The notes: a model not told the origin generated them from the sequence alone. Numbered from the stretch's first letter, positions 6,576 to 15,959 are shown. The stretch: 20,000 nucleotides of DNA from Kiritimatiellia bacterium (GCA_050950285.1 JBMNHG010000002.1:740654-760653), one strand, 5' to 3'. Translations and numbers: made by a program.

Positions 6576-7739
6576 TTAGGTCACAAACGGCGAGAGAGCC
6601 CGCAGCTTCTCCACGACACCGGGCATCTTCCCGAGCACGTAGTCGATTTCGGCGTCGGTGGTGTAGCGGCTCAGGCTGAAGCGGATCGAGCCGTGGGCGG
6701 CGGTGAACGGGACGCCCATGGCGAGGATCACGTGGGAGGGATCGAGGGAGCCCGAGGAGCAGGCGGAGCCCGAGGAGGCGCAGATGCCGAGGTCGCTCAA
6801 ATGATAGAGGATGGCCTCGCCCTCGATGAAGGAGAAAGAGAGGTTCGTGGTGTTCGGCACGCGGGGGGCGCGTCCGCCGTTCACGCTCGAGTCGGGGCAG
6901 GAGGCGAGGAGCCCCTTTTCCAGGCGGTCGCGCATGCGCGCGATGCCGCCGGCGTCCGGGAGGTGCTCCGTCTCGAGGTCGCAGGCTTTGGCGAGGCCCA
7001 CGATGTAGGGCACGTTCTCGGTGCCGGCGCGGCGGCCGTTTTCCTGGTGCCCGCCCCTGAGGAAGGGGCGCAAGCGGGTCCCCCGGCGCACGTAGAGCAC
7101 GCCGACGCCCTTCGGCGCATGAATCTTGTGCCCGGAGAAGGCCAGGGTGTCCACGGGGACCCGCGACACGTCCACCGGGATTTTGCCGACGGCCTGGACG
7201 GCGTCCGTATGGAGGAAGGCGCCGGCGGCTTTGGCGCGGCGCGCGATCTCCGGCATGTCGAAGAGCACGCCGGTCTCGTTGTTCGCCCACATGATCGCCA
7301 CGACCTTCGGTCCGGGGCGCGCCAGCGCGGCGTCGAGCTCGTCGAGGAGGAGGCGGCCGTCGCGATCGACGCCGATTTCCACCAGTGCGTGGTCGCGGGT
7401 GTCGCGGAGGTGGCGGCAGGGTTCGAGGATTGCGGGGTGCTCGACCTTGGAGGTGATGAGGGTCGTCCCGGGGCCGAGGGCCTCGACGGCGCCATAGAGC
7501 GCGGCATTGTCCGATTCCGACCCGCAGCTGGTGAAGAGGATCTCCGAGGGGTCGGCGTGGAGGAAGGCGGCGACGCGTTCGCGGGCGGCGTCCACGGCCC
7601 CCATCACGCTGCCGCCGAAAAGATGCATGCTCGAAGGATTGCCCCACTTGTCGGTGAAGTAGGGCAACATCGCCTCGACCACCTCCGGGGCGACCCGGGT
7701 GGTGGCGTTGCTGTCGAGATAGACGAGCGGCATGCCCAT
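6576..7739 (-). CDS. nifS: Cysteine desulfurase, NifS/IscS (group I)
   Basis: YLDSNATT, GNPSS, VEHPA, ANNETG, HTDAVQ, PLP-Lys SGHK, RAGTEN, catalytic SSGSACSS, SIRFSL. Start at 7739 or 7733. Confidence 0.93.
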   Translation of the reverse strand: MGMPLVYLDSNATTRVAPEVVEAMLPYFTDKWGNPSSMHLFGGSVMGAVDAARERVAAFLHADPSEILFTSCGSESDNAALYGAVEALGPGTTLITSKVEHPAILEPCRHLRDTRDHALVEIGVDRDGRLLLDELDAALARPGPKVVAIMWANNETGVLFDMPEIARRAKAAGAFLHTDAVQAVGKIPVDVSRVPVDTLAFSGHKIHAPKGVGVLYVRRGTRLRPFLRGGHQENGRRAGTENVPYIVGLAKACDLETEHLPDAGGIARMRDRLEKGLLASCPDSSVNGGRAPRVPNTTNLSFSFIEGEAILYHLSDLGICASSGSACSSGSLDPSHVILAMGVPFTAAHGSIRFSLSRYTTDAEIDYVLGKMPGVVEKLRALSPFVT

Positions 7740-7743
7740 GGCG

Positions 7744-8337
7744 CTAGTGGCTCCCGGCGGCGGACGCCCGTTCGGCGGCGAGCGCATCGAGGATCTTCCG
7801 GATGTCGTGGACGCACTTCCCGCACGCGCCGCCGGCCTTGCAGGCGCAGGTGACCTCGTCCACGGCGGTGAGGCCGTTTTCGGTGGCCACGCGGCGGATC
7901 TCGTCTTCGGAGACGTTGCAACACGTGCAGACAGGCGCTTCGTGCCGGAGGTCGCGCACGACGGTCTCGCCGGTGCGGTAGTTGTGGATCGCGGCCTCGA
8001 GCGCCTTGCGGCCCAGCACGGAGCAATGCATCTTCTGGGCGGGGAGCCCCCCGAGGTATTCGGCAATCTCCTGGTTCGTGATCGCTTCGGCCTCTTCGAG
8101 GGTCTTCCCCTTGATGAGCTCGGTGAGGGCGGAAGACGACGCGATGGCGCTCGCGCAGCCGAAGGTCTGGAATTTCACGTCGGCGATGCGGCCGTCGGCA
8201 TCGAGCTTGAACTGGAGAGTGAGCGAGTCGCCGCAGGCGAGCGAGCCCACGGTGCCGACGCCGTCGGGATTTTCGAGTTTTCCGACGTTTCGGGGATTGC
8301 GGAAATGGTCGAGGACCTTTTCAGTATAGTTCCACAT
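7744..8337 (-). CDS. nifU: Fe-S scaffold, NifU-type (IscU-like domain + BFD-like [2Fe-2S] domain, no C-terminal Nfu domain), 197 aa
   Basis: MWNYTEKVLDHFRNPRNVG, ACGD, FGCASAIASSS, LGGLPAQKMHCS, then VCTCCNV...KAGGACGKC. GGAAGGA upstream; directly precedes nifS. Confidence 0.9.
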   Translation of the reverse strand: MWNYTEKVLDHFRNPRNVGKLENPDGVGTVGSLACGDSLTLQFKLDADGRIADVKFQTFGCASAIASSSALTELIKGKTLEEAEAITNQEIAEYLGGLPAQKMHCSVLGRKALEAAIHNYRTGETVVRDLRHEAPVCTCCNVSEDEIRRVATENGLTAVDEVTCACKAGGACGKCVHDIRKILDALAAERASAAGSH

Positions 8338-8398
8338 GGAGGCCGTATTCCTTCCGGAGCCGCGTGGCGGCATGCCGCGTGCCACGCAGGATGACTGG

Positions 8399-8407
8399 AA
8401 TATACCA
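8399..8407 (-). promoter_or_regulatory. Putative extended -10 (TGgTATATT) for the nifU-nifS run
   Basis: TG-n-TATATT about 60 nt upstream of the nifU ATG in the divergent intergenic region; no good -35. Confidence 0.5.
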
Positions 8408-8541
8408 CACCCCCCCTTTCGGGAAAATGCGAAAGTTGCCAAGTGCGGCGATCGCGGTTGCGCGAAATCGTCTTGTGGATGCGGGGTGTTTTGCGTATTC
8501 TTCCCTTTTTCCATGGTTCCCTTTGCCCGTTTGGATTTTCC

Positions 8542-10047
8542 GTGAAAAGCAAGAATGCATTGGACCTTGACGCTGCGGCGTGGCTGGAGGCACACGACGG
8601 CAAGCCGCTGGCGCCGCGCGACCGGATGGCGATTCCGCCGCAGGAAATGCCGGCGCAGGACCCCCAGGAGCGCCGGCACAACATGCGGGAGGTCGCCCTC
8701 GGGTATTCGGAAGCGCAGGCGGTGGTCGAGGCGAAGCGCTGCCTCCAGTGCAAAAACGCCCCATGCGTGCAGGGGTGTCCGGTGAAGATCCGCATCCCCG
8801 AGTTCGTGGGAGCCATCGCGAACCGGGACTTCGCGGGCGCCATTGGCGTGATTCGCGAGAACAGCCTGCTTCCGGCGGTGTGCGGGCGCGTGTGTCCGCA
8901 GGAGCGCCAGTGCCAGGCCGTCTGCACCCTCGGGAAAGCGCTGAAGGATCCGGCCAAGGCCGTCGCCATCGGGCGCCTGGAGCGTTTCGCGGCGGACCGC
9001 GAGCGCGAGTCGGGCGCGATATCGATGCCGGACATCGCCCCCCCAACCGGGAAGCGCGTGGCGGTGGTCGGCACGGGTCCGTCCAGCATCACCGTTGCCG
9101 CGGACGTGCGGCGCGCCGGGCACGAGGTGACGCTTTTCGAGGCCCTGCACAAACCCGGCGGCGTGCTGGTTTACGGCATTCCGGAGTTCCGCCTGCCAAA
9201 GGCGATCGTCCAGAACGAGATCGACGCCCTCGTCGCGATGGGCGTGACGCTCGAGCCGAACTTCGTGGTCGGCCGAACGCGCCGTCTCCGGGACCTCCTG
9301 GACCGCGACGGCTTCGATGCCGTGTTCGTGGGCACCGGCGCCGGCCTTCCCAAGTTCATGGGCATCGAGGGCGAGAATTTGGTCGGCGTCGTCTCGGCGA
9401 ACGAATACCTGACCCGCTCGAATCTGCTGTATGCCTACGATACCGAGCGCGCCCACACGCCCGCCTACGTCTCGAAGAAGCTGGCGGTGCTCGGCGGCGG
9501 CAACGTGGCGATGGACGCCGCGCGAACCGCCCTGCGTCTCGGCGCCGAGACGGTGTACCTCGTGTACCGCCGCTCCGCCGACGAGATGCCGGCCCGCGCC
9601 GAGGAGATCGAGCATGCCAGGGAAGAGGGCGTCGAGTTCCTGCTGCTCAGCAATGCGAAGCGCATCCTGGGCGACGAGCAGGGGCGCGTGACCGCGATGG
9701 AGTGCCTCCGCTACGATTTGGGCGAACCCGACGCCTCCGGCCGCCGCAGTCCCGTGGAGCGTCCCGGAAGCGAATTCCTTCTCGAGGTCGACACCGTCGT
9801 CGTCGCCATCGGAAACGGCTCCAACCCCCTCATCGGCCAAACCACCGAAGGACTCGCCACGGATCGTCACGGACGCATCCTCGTCGACGAAAACGGGATG
9901 ACCTCCATCGACCGCGTCTACGCCGGGGGCGACATCGTCCTCGGCGCCGCCACCGTGATTCTCGCCATGGGCGAAGGCCGCAAATGCGCCGCCTCCATCA
10001 ACCGGCAACTCGCCGGCGGTCGCGCTTCCCGGGACGTACCATCATGA
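8542..10047 (+). CDS. NfnB/SudA-like flavo-Fe-S oxidoreductase (glutamate synthase small-subunit family, often annotated as homotetrameric gltA)
   Basis: [98 protein letters not shown]. Start uncertain: GTG 8542 chosen, downstream ATGs possible. Confidence 0.88.
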   Translation: MKSKNALDLDAAAWLEAHDGKPLAPRDRMAIPPQEMPAQDPQERRHNMREVALGYSEAQAVVEAKRCLQCKNAPCVQGCPVKIRIPEFVGAIANRDFAGAIGVIRENSLLPAVCGRVCPQERQCQAVCTLGKALKDPAKAVAIGRLERFAADRERESGAISMPDIAPPTGKRVAVVGTGPSSITVAADVRRAGHEVTLFEALHKPGGVLVYGIPEFRLPKAIVQNEIDALVAMGVTLEPNFVVGRTRRLRDLLDRDGFDAVFVGTGAGLPKFMGIEGENLVGVVSANEYLTRSNLLYAYDTERAHTPAYVSKKLAVLGGGNVAMDAARTALRLGAETVYLVYRRSADEMPARAEEIEHAREEGVEFLLLSNAKRILGDEQGRVTAMECLRYDLGEPDASGRRSPVERPGSEFLLEVDTVVVAIGNGSNPLIGQTTEGLATDRHGRILVDENGMTSIDRVYAGGDIVLGAATVILAMGEGRKCAASINRQLAGGRASRDVPS

Positions 10048-10745
10048 AACTCTCCATCGTCATCCCCGTCTACAACGAAGTCGACACTGTCGAGACCCTG
10101 CTGGACCGCGTGCTCGCGGCGCCGTGTCCCATCGACGATCGCGAGATCGTGCTGGTGAACGACTGCTCCACCGACGGCACGGGGCCGTTGCTGGAGAAGC
10201 TGGCTGCGGGCCAGCCCAACTGGATCCTCCGCCACCACGAGACGAATCAAGGCAAGGGCGCGGCGCTTCACACCGGCTTCGCCGCCGCCACGGGAGACAT
10301 CCTCCTCATCCAGGATGCCGACCTCGAATACGATCCCGCCGACTACCCCACCTTGCTCCAGCCGATTCTCGACGGCCACGCCGACGTGGTCTTCGGGTCG
10401 CGCTTCATCGGCGGCGGCACCCACCGCGTGGTCTACTTCTGGCACTCCATCGGGAACCGCTTCCTCACCCTCCTCTCGAACATGTTCACGGACTTGAACC
10501 TCACGGACATGGAGGTGTGCTACAAGGTCTTCTACCGGAAAGTGCTGGATGGCATCACCCTGAACGAGAAGCGCTTCGGGTTCGAGCCGGAGTTCACCGC
10601 CAAGATCGCCAAGGGCAAGAAGTGGCGCATCTACGAGGTGCCGGTGTCCTACTACGGCCGCACCTACGCAGACGGCAAGAAGATCGGCTGGCGCGACGGC
10701 TTCCGCGCCCTCTGGTGCATTCTCCGGTACAACCTCTTCCGCTAG
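10044..10745 (+). CDS. Glycosyltransferase family 2 (DPM1-like polyprenol-phosphate glycosyltransferase type), 233 aa
   Basis: [76 protein letters not shown] overlap with the upstream stop. Confidence 0.93.
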   Translation: MKLSIVIPVYNEVDTVETLLDRVLAAPCPIDDREIVLVNDCSTDGTGPLLEKLAAGQPNWILRHHETNQGKGAALHTGFAAATGDILLIQDADLEYDPADYPTLLQPILDGHADVVFGSRFIGGGTHRVVYFWHSIGNRFLTLLSNMFTDLNLTDMEVCYKVFYRKVLDGITLNEKRFGFEPEFTAKIAKGKKWRIYEVPVSYYGRTYADGKKIGWRDGFRALWCILRYNLFR

Positions 10746-10778
10746 GAGCGGCGGCTTCCCCTTTGGCTGGAGGATTCC

Positions 10779-11345
10779 ATGGCTACATCCAAGATCTACG
10801 TTTCCGCGAACCGGCTCACGCGCGACAGCTTCCGGCTGGCCCGCATGGTCTACGATTCCGGCTGGAAGCCGGATCTTCTGATCGGCATCTGGCGTGGCGG
10901 AACGCCGATTGCCGTGGCCGTGCACGAGTTCCTGCGCGTGAAGGGCCTCAAGCTGCACCACATCGCGATGAAGTGCTCCTCCTACGCCGGGATGTCGCGC
11001 CTCGACTCCCCCGTGAACTTCGAGTATTGCGAGGAGATTCTGGACAGCATCGCCCCGGACACCCGCGTCTTGCTGGTGGACGACGTCTTCGATTCCGGGC
11101 GCACGATGAAGGCCTGTTCCATGCGACTCCGCGCCATTCCCGCGGACGTGCGCATCGCCACGGTCTTCTGGAAGCCGGACGAGAACCTCACCGACATCCA
11201 GCCCGACTTCTACGTGAACGCCTTGAACAACTGGATCGTCTTCCCGCACGAGCTGGAGGGCCTCTCCGACGAAGAGATCCGCATCAAGGACCCGGTCGTG
11301 AGCGCGCTCTTGCGCGGCGATCCCGAGCCGTGCTTCTACAGCTGA
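10779..11345 (+). CDS. Type I phosphoribosyltransferase (purine PRT-like)
   Basis: GIWRGG, PRPP-binding VLLVDDVFDSGRT, PDFYV...WIVFPHE; GGAGG SD. Confidence 0.88.
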   Translation: MATSKIYVSANRLTRDSFRLARMVYDSGWKPDLLIGIWRGGTPIAVAVHEFLRVKGLKLHHIAMKCSSYAGMSRLDSPVNFEYCEEILDSIAPDTRVLLVDDVFDSGRTMKACSMRLRAIPADVRIATVFWKPDENLTDIQPDFYVNALNNWIVFPHELEGLSDEEIRIKDPVVSALLRGDPEPCFYS

Positions 11346-11363
11346 TTCTCGTTCCGGCGTTCC

Positions 11364-11406
11364 AAAGGCAAAGGCCCGGGGATGCGTTCCCGGGCCTTTG
11401 CTTTTT
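11364..11406. terminator. Bidirectional intrinsic terminator between convergent genes
   Basis: GCAAAGGCCCGGG (11368-11380) pairs with CCCGGGCCTTTGC (11389-11401); T-run at 11402-11406 on + and a shorter A-run upstream giving a U-tract on -. Confidence 0.9.
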
Positions 11407-11430
11407 GTCGTCGAAGCGAAGCGCGTCCGC

Positions 11431-14409
11431 CTATTCGACGAGCGTCCAGCGCGTGCAGATGCCGGGGCTGCTCTCCCAGTAGGGGTGGAGGGTGAGGCCG
11501 TTGAACTTCGACCCGGCCTTGTCGGCGCCGTAGGCGGCGTGGCGTCCGGTCTGGTTCCCGATGAGGAAGGTGAAGCCGAAGTCCTCGCCGACGGTCTTCG
11601 GGAGGTCGGGGATTTCCGTGCGGGGGATGGCCGCCTCGTAGAGGTAGCCGGTGTCGGTGCGGATCACGACCTGCGTTGCGCCGGGCACGACGCCCGTGGT
11701 GCGTTCGCCGCGCTTCTGGCGGGGGAAGTCGTGGATGCGCGGCACGCCGGGCGCGAGGTAGCGCCAGGTTTCGCCGTTGCCATTGCGGCCGTCGTCCACC
11801 CAGTAGATGGCGTACTCGTAGTCGGTGTCCGGCGTGGCGGTGAAGCCTTCGGGGAGGTTTTCGATCGGCTCGAGGTCGTGGAAGCCGGGCGTGGTGTCGA
11901 AGGCGATGTGCAGGCGGTCGCGGCGGATGGGCATGCCGATTTCGGGGTACTTTCGGTAGACGTGCGGCACTTCGCCGAACGAGCGGGCGGGGTCGCCGGT
12001 CTTCGCGCGGAAGGCCTCGATGAACTCCTTGTAGGGCGAGATCCCGTCGTCGGCGGCGGAGTGGAAGAAGGAGTCCTCGTCGCGTTCGGACCAACGGTAG
12101 GCGTTGGGTTCGGGGGTGGGGTCGTTCACCTGGGCGCAGACGTATACGAAGTCGTCATCCCAGGCGAGCTTGAGTTCGCCGGAGGTGGCTTCGGGGTGGT
12201 CGCGGCGGAGGTCGAGCCAGGGGCGGCGCATTTGTTCGGTGAAGTCGCCGGACTGGTCGGCGTCGCGGTACAGCGCGGTGACGCCCGGGACGTCCGCCCA
12301 GTCGGCCAGGTCGCCGTCCACGGCGATGGTGCGGCGTGGCGCGATGGCGGCCGAGAGGACTTCCGCGTAGGCGGCGGTTTCGCCGGTGGAGGCCTGGAAG
12401 GAGAAGCGGAAGAGGTAGGCGTTCGCCGGGGACGGGGTGGCCTCGGCGACGGGGAATTCGAGCCGGCGCGATTCGCCGGGGGCGAGTTCGACCGGGGCGG
12501 CCGACGAGGCGAGGCGGATTCCATCGGGTTCGGCGATGGCGAGGTTGCCGGCGAGCGGGGCGTTCAGGCGGTTGCGGAGTTCCACCACGAGGCGGGCGCC
12601 TTCGGCATCGACGCGGGAGGAGAAGTCGCGCGGGATGATTTCGATGCCGCGCTTGCCGGCGATGCGGGCGGCGCGCAGGCGTTCGTTGATGGCGGCGGGG
12701 CCCTTCGCGCTGCCCACGTACAGCGGGGCGATGTCCATGGGCACGACGACCTCCGTTTCGCCGACGTGCCCGGGATTGCCCTCCATGTCGTAGAACGAAA
12801 GGAGCCCGTCGGAGTTGTCGAGGGCGAGCGTTCCGCCGTCGCTGCCGTTCACCTGGGCCCAGGGGAGCATGCGGTAGCTGGTGCCGCCGATCGGGACGAG
12901 TTTCCCGAAGACCACGACGACGCCCTCGGGGTCGTCATCCTCGCCGAACTGGAAGGCGAACGGAAGATGCTCCGTGAAGACCATCCCCCGGAAGGGCTTG
13001 CCGGAGGTCATCGCGTTGAAGGCGGCGGTGGCGGCGACGACGGGCGTCGGGATCACGTAGGCGGAGTCGTGTCCGGGGAGGGTGTCGAACAGCACGCGCG
13101 GATGCCAGGGGGAGATGCGGTTCTGTCCGGCGGCGAGGAATTGGACCACGCCTTGGGCGAGCTGGTACTCGGTGCCGACGAACCAGGTTTCGGTTTCGAT
13201 GCTCCCCTTGCCGCGGGAGCGTGCGACCATGGGGCCGTAGCACATGGCGGGCACGACGTAGTGGTCGGTGAAGATGTCGACGTACGACTCGAACTCGGGG
13301 GATCCGTCGGAGAAGAGCTTGTCCTCGGTGTTCATGATCGAGGAGGCGGCGAGGATCCGGATGCCCGGGGCGGTCTTGCGGGCGGAGGTGGCGATCAATT
13401 TCTGGAGGTCGCGGTAGCGCAGGCAGTCGGAGGCCCAGCCGGAGATGCCGCCGCCTTCCCAGGGTTCGTTGTAGTTCTCGAGGCCCCAGAGCCCGCCCTT
13501 GCCGTCTTCCCAGTAGCGGGCGGCGAACTGTTCGATCCACTTGCCGTAGCGTTCGTCGTTGGCGGGGGCGCAGAGCCAGTCGCCGGTGCCGCCGTATCCG
13601 CCGGTCTGCGGAGTCCAGCGCGCGGCGGGCGTGGGCTCGTGGAAGGGTCGGGTCCACATGGGGTGTCCGCCGAGGGTGACCATCACCTGGCATCCGGCCT
13701 CTTTCATGGCGGCGAAATAGGTGTCGTAGCGCGACCAGTCGATGGTGCCGTCTTCCTGTTCGTTCCAGCCGGTCTCGCACCGGAAGCCCCGCACGCCCAT
13801 GCGGGCGTAGATGTCGGCGCGTTCGCCCAGCGGGCCGATCATCACGGCTTCGCCGAAGATGTACGTGTTGTCCACGGTGCCTTTCGGATTGGGCCGCGGC
13901 ACGCGGGCCATCGTGGCGAGGAAGCGGCGCTCGGCGTCGCCGCGCACGAGGACGAGGGCGTAGGTGCCGAAGCGATCGGGCAGCGGGAAGTCCTTCACCG
14001 CGAAGGCCACGCGTTCGCCGCCGCCCTCCGGCGGCGCGATGGCGACGGTGTCGAGGACGGGGCCCACGGTCACGCAAGGGGCCATGCCGGAGGTGTCGGT
14101 GAGGCCGGCCATGTCCTTCACGCGCTCGCCGGGGCGGCGGGTGTCGATCTCGCGGATTTCGATGGAGAGCGGGGCGGCGTTGCCGCCGGTGAAGGCCGCC
14201 CGCTCGAAATCGAGCTGGAGGGTGGGCGACTCGCCCGGGAAGAAGAGCTGCCCCGGGGCGCCGGACGAAAGGAAGCGGAAGCGCATGTCGGGCGCTTCGC
14301 AGTCCAGTCGTTCGAGGTTGTCCTGGAGCACGAGTTGCTGGGCGTGGACGCGCAGGGCGCACGTGGAGGCCACGATTGCGGCCAGAAGCATCCGGAGGGT
14401 CTTCTTCAT
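11431..14409 (-). CDS. Large secreted putative glycoside hydrolase (clan GH-A-like TIM barrel, Ig-like module, C-terminal CBM9/DOMON-like domain), 992 aa
   Basis: Signal peptide ending ALRVHA; AAGGAG SD. MGVRGFRCETGW, IDWSRYD, candidate acid/base ENYNEPW, TDHY, candidate nucleophile IETETW. CBM9-like IAVDGDLADW and LAWDDDFVYVCAQVND, YLYEAAIP. Confidence 0.75.
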   Translation of the reverse strand: MKKTLRMLLAAIVASTCALRVHAQQLVLQDNLERLDCEAPDMRFRFLSSGAPGQLFFPGESPTLQLDFERAAFTGGNAAPLSIEIREIDTRRPGERVKDMAGLTDTSGMAPCVTVGPVLDTVAIAPPEGGGERVAFAVKDFPLPDRFGTYALVLVRGDAERRFLATMARVPRPNPKGTVDNTYIFGEAVMIGPLGERADIYARMGVRGFRCETGWNEQEDGTIDWSRYDTYFAAMKEAGCQVMVTLGGHPMWTRPFHEPTPAARWTPQTGGYGGTGDWLCAPANDERYGKWIEQFAARYWEDGKGGLWGLENYNEPWEGGGISGWASDCLRYRDLQKLIATSARKTAPGIRILAASSIMNTEDKLFSDGSPEFESYVDIFTDHYVVPAMCYGPMVARSRGKGSIETETWFVGTEYQLAQGVVQFLAAGQNRISPWHPRVLFDTLPGHDSAYVIPTPVVAATAAFNAMTSGKPFRGMVFTEHLPFAFQFGEDDDPEGVVVVFGKLVPIGGTSYRMLPWAQVNGSDGGTLALDNSDGLLSFYDMEGNPGHVGETEVVVPMDIAPLYVGSAKGPAAINERLRAARIAGKRGIEIIPRDFSSRVDAEGARLVVELRNRLNAPLAGNLAIAEPDGIRLASSAAPVELAPGESRRLEFPVAEATPSPANAYLFRFSFQASTGETAAYAEVLSAAIAPRRTIAVDGDLADWADVPGVTALYRDADQSGDFTEQMRRPWLDLRRDHPEATSGELKLAWDDDFVYVCAQVNDPTPEPNAYRWSERDEDSFFHSAADDGISPYKEFIEAFRAKTGDPARSFGEVPHVYRKYPEIGMPIRRDRLHIAFDTTPGFHDLEPIENLPEGFTATPDTDYEYAIYWVDDGRNGNGETWRYLAPGVPRIHDFPRQKRGERTTGVVPGATQVVIRTDTGYLYEAAIPRTEIPDLPKTVGEDFGFTFLIGNQTGRHAAYGADKAGSKFNGLTLHPYWESSPGICTRWTLVE

Positions 14410-14451
14410 GGGTCTCTCCTTACTTGGGGGATGGCAACGGGGATGGGGGCG

Positions 14452-15081
14452 CTAGAGGGTTCCGAAGAGGCGGTCGCCGGCGTCGCCGAGGCCGGGCACG
14501 ATGTAGCCGCGCCCGTTGAGGCATTCGTCGAGGTGGCCGAGGTAGATGTCCACGTCCGGATGGGCCTCGAGGACGACGTCGACGCCTTCGGGGGCGCCGA
14601 TGATGTTGATCATCTTGATGCGCTGCACGCCGCGCTTCTTGAGAAGGCCGATGGCCGCGACGGAGCTGCCGCCGGTGGCGAGCATCGGATCCAGCACGAT
14701 GGCGATGCGTTCCGAGACGTCCGGCGGGAGTTTGCAGTAGTACTCGACCGGCTGGAGGGTCGTTTCGTTGCGATAGATGCCCACGTGGCCCACGCGGGCG
14801 GCCGGGACGAGTTCGAGCATGGCGTCCACCATGCCGAGCCCGGCGCGGAGGATGGGCACGAGACACACCTGGCGGGCGAGGAATTTCCCGGTGGTCTTCA
14901 CGAGCGGGGTCGAGATTTTGTGCGACTCCAGCCCGAGGTCGCGGGTGGCCTCGTAGCCGATCAGCAGCGAAATCTCGCTTACGAGGTCGCGGAAGTCCTT
15001 GTGATTGGTCTCAACCTGTCGAAGGATGGAGATTTTGTGCTGGACCAGCGGATGGTCCACGCAGTGTACCTTGTCGTTCAT
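14452..15081 (-). CDS. upp: Uracil phosphoribosyltransferase
   Basis: [53 protein letters not shown]; 209 aa. Confidence 0.97.
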   Translation of the reverse strand: MNDKVHCVDHPLVQHKISILRQVETNHKDFRDLVSEISLLIGYEATRDLGLESHKISTPLVKTTGKFLARQVCLVPILRAGLGMVDAMLELVPAARVGHVGIYRNETTLQPVEYYCKLPPDVSERIAIVLDPMLATGGSSVAAIGLLKKRGVQRIKMINIIGAPEGVDVVLEAHPDVDIYLGHLDECLNGRGYIVPGLGDAGDRLFGTL

Positions 15082-15146
15082 GGCGGATTTTCGGGGATGG
15101 GTTCAAGGAAAGGGAGGAACGATGGAGGCCGAAGCGCGGGGGCGGG

Positions 15147-15959
15147 TCAATGGGTCATGGCGTAGAGGAACCAGCTGGAAAGCCACTGGTAGCTGAGTTC
15201 GCGGAAGGCGTTGTCGCCGCCGTGGCCGATGCCCTCGCCAATGGGGTTCGAGGCCGTGGGCGGGGTGGAGACCTCCCAGGCGCAACCGTCGTCGTTCATC
15301 GTGAAGAAGACCATGGGGCGGCCGTCGAAGAGGAAATACTCCCAGACGTGGCGCTCGCGGATCGTCTCGGGACGGGGGGCGTCGGCGTAGAGCAGGCCGA
15401 ACATGTCGCGGCCGACCGGATCGTCCGCGTAGGCGAAGATGGGTCCCTCGATGCCGGGAAGGATCTTCGCGACCTCGGTGTTCTTCGATTCCGTGAAGCC
15501 GCTGCCGCGCAGGTAGCAGTCGTCCAGGAGCAGCGTCCCGCCGCGCTGGAGCCAGCGTGCGAGGTTCTCCATCTCGGCGGCGTTGAAGGCCCAGCGCGTG
15601 TGGGCGGTGAGGTAGATGACGGTCTCCTCGAACAGGTCGTCGGAGGCGACATCCAGCCCTTCGTTGTCGATGTGGACGGGCAGTTCGGTCCGCTTGTTCA
15701 CCTGGTACATCGCGTAGGGGATGGCCGTGGGGTCGGCGTCCCAGTCCGGTCCCTTCATGGCGGGACGGATGCGGCGCATGCAGAGCTTGTTCCGGCGGTC
15801 GACCTCCGCCGCCGCGGAGGAGCTGCGCGCCTCTTCGGCGGAAATTTCGCGCCGGTTCGCGCGGGTGGCCCGTTCCGCCCATCGGGCGTGGGCGGGAAGC
15901 GCGAGAAGGGCGGAAACGCCAAGCAGTGGAAACAGTTTCAGGAAGAAAGGATGGTTCAT
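15147..15959 (-). CDS. Exported DUF4159-like protein (270 aa)
   Basis: Signal peptide MNHPFFLKLFPLLGVSALLALPAHA; DWDADPTAIP, IYLTAH, LARWLQRGGTLLLDDC, DGRPMVFFTMNDDGCAW. Family assigned from memory of motifs. Confidence 0.7.
   Translation of the reverse strand: MNHPFFLKLFPLLGVSALLALPAHARWAERATRANRREISAEEARSSSAAAEVDRRNKLCMRRIRPAMKGPDWDADPTAIPYAMYQVNKRTELPVHIDNEGLDVASDDLFEETVIYLTAHTRWAFNAAEMENLARWLQRGGTLLLDDCYLRGSGFTESKNTEVAKILPGIEGPIFAYADDPVGRDMFGLLYADAPRPETIRERHVWEYFLFDGRPMVFFTMNDDGCAWEVSTPPTASNPIGEGIGHGGDNAFRELSYQWLSSWFLYAMTH

Noticed and set aside
4120..7853. Long plus-strand ORFs 4120-6579 and 6030-7853
   Set aside because: Antisense to well-supported dapA, oxidoreductase and nifS genes; no motifs.
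6576..8337. nifU/nifS as evidence of nitrogen fixation
   Set aside because: NifU/NifS-type systems serve general Fe-S assembly in many non-diazotrophs, and no nitrogenase genes are in the window.
8410..8416. Shorter C/G runs (8410-8416, 5272-5278, 9038-9044) as phase-variation tracts
   Set aside because: About 7 nt each, within expectation for high-GC DNA and too short for high slippage rates.
8428..8442. Sigma54-like TTGGCA...TCGCA upstream of nifU (minus strand)
   Set aside because: GG and GC are separated by 8 nt rather than the required 10.
5293..10745. Apparent fusions in the ORF track (784-aa oxidoreductase, 496-aa NifS, 754-aa NifU, 721-aa GT2)
   Set aside because: The extra N-terminal parts overlap neighbouring real genes in other frames or strands; family motifs begin at the internal starts used.
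11398..15165. 1255-aa plus-strand ORF
   Set aside because: Codon-register mirror of the 992-aa gene and upp; starts inside a terminator; Val/Gly/Ala-rich with no motifs.
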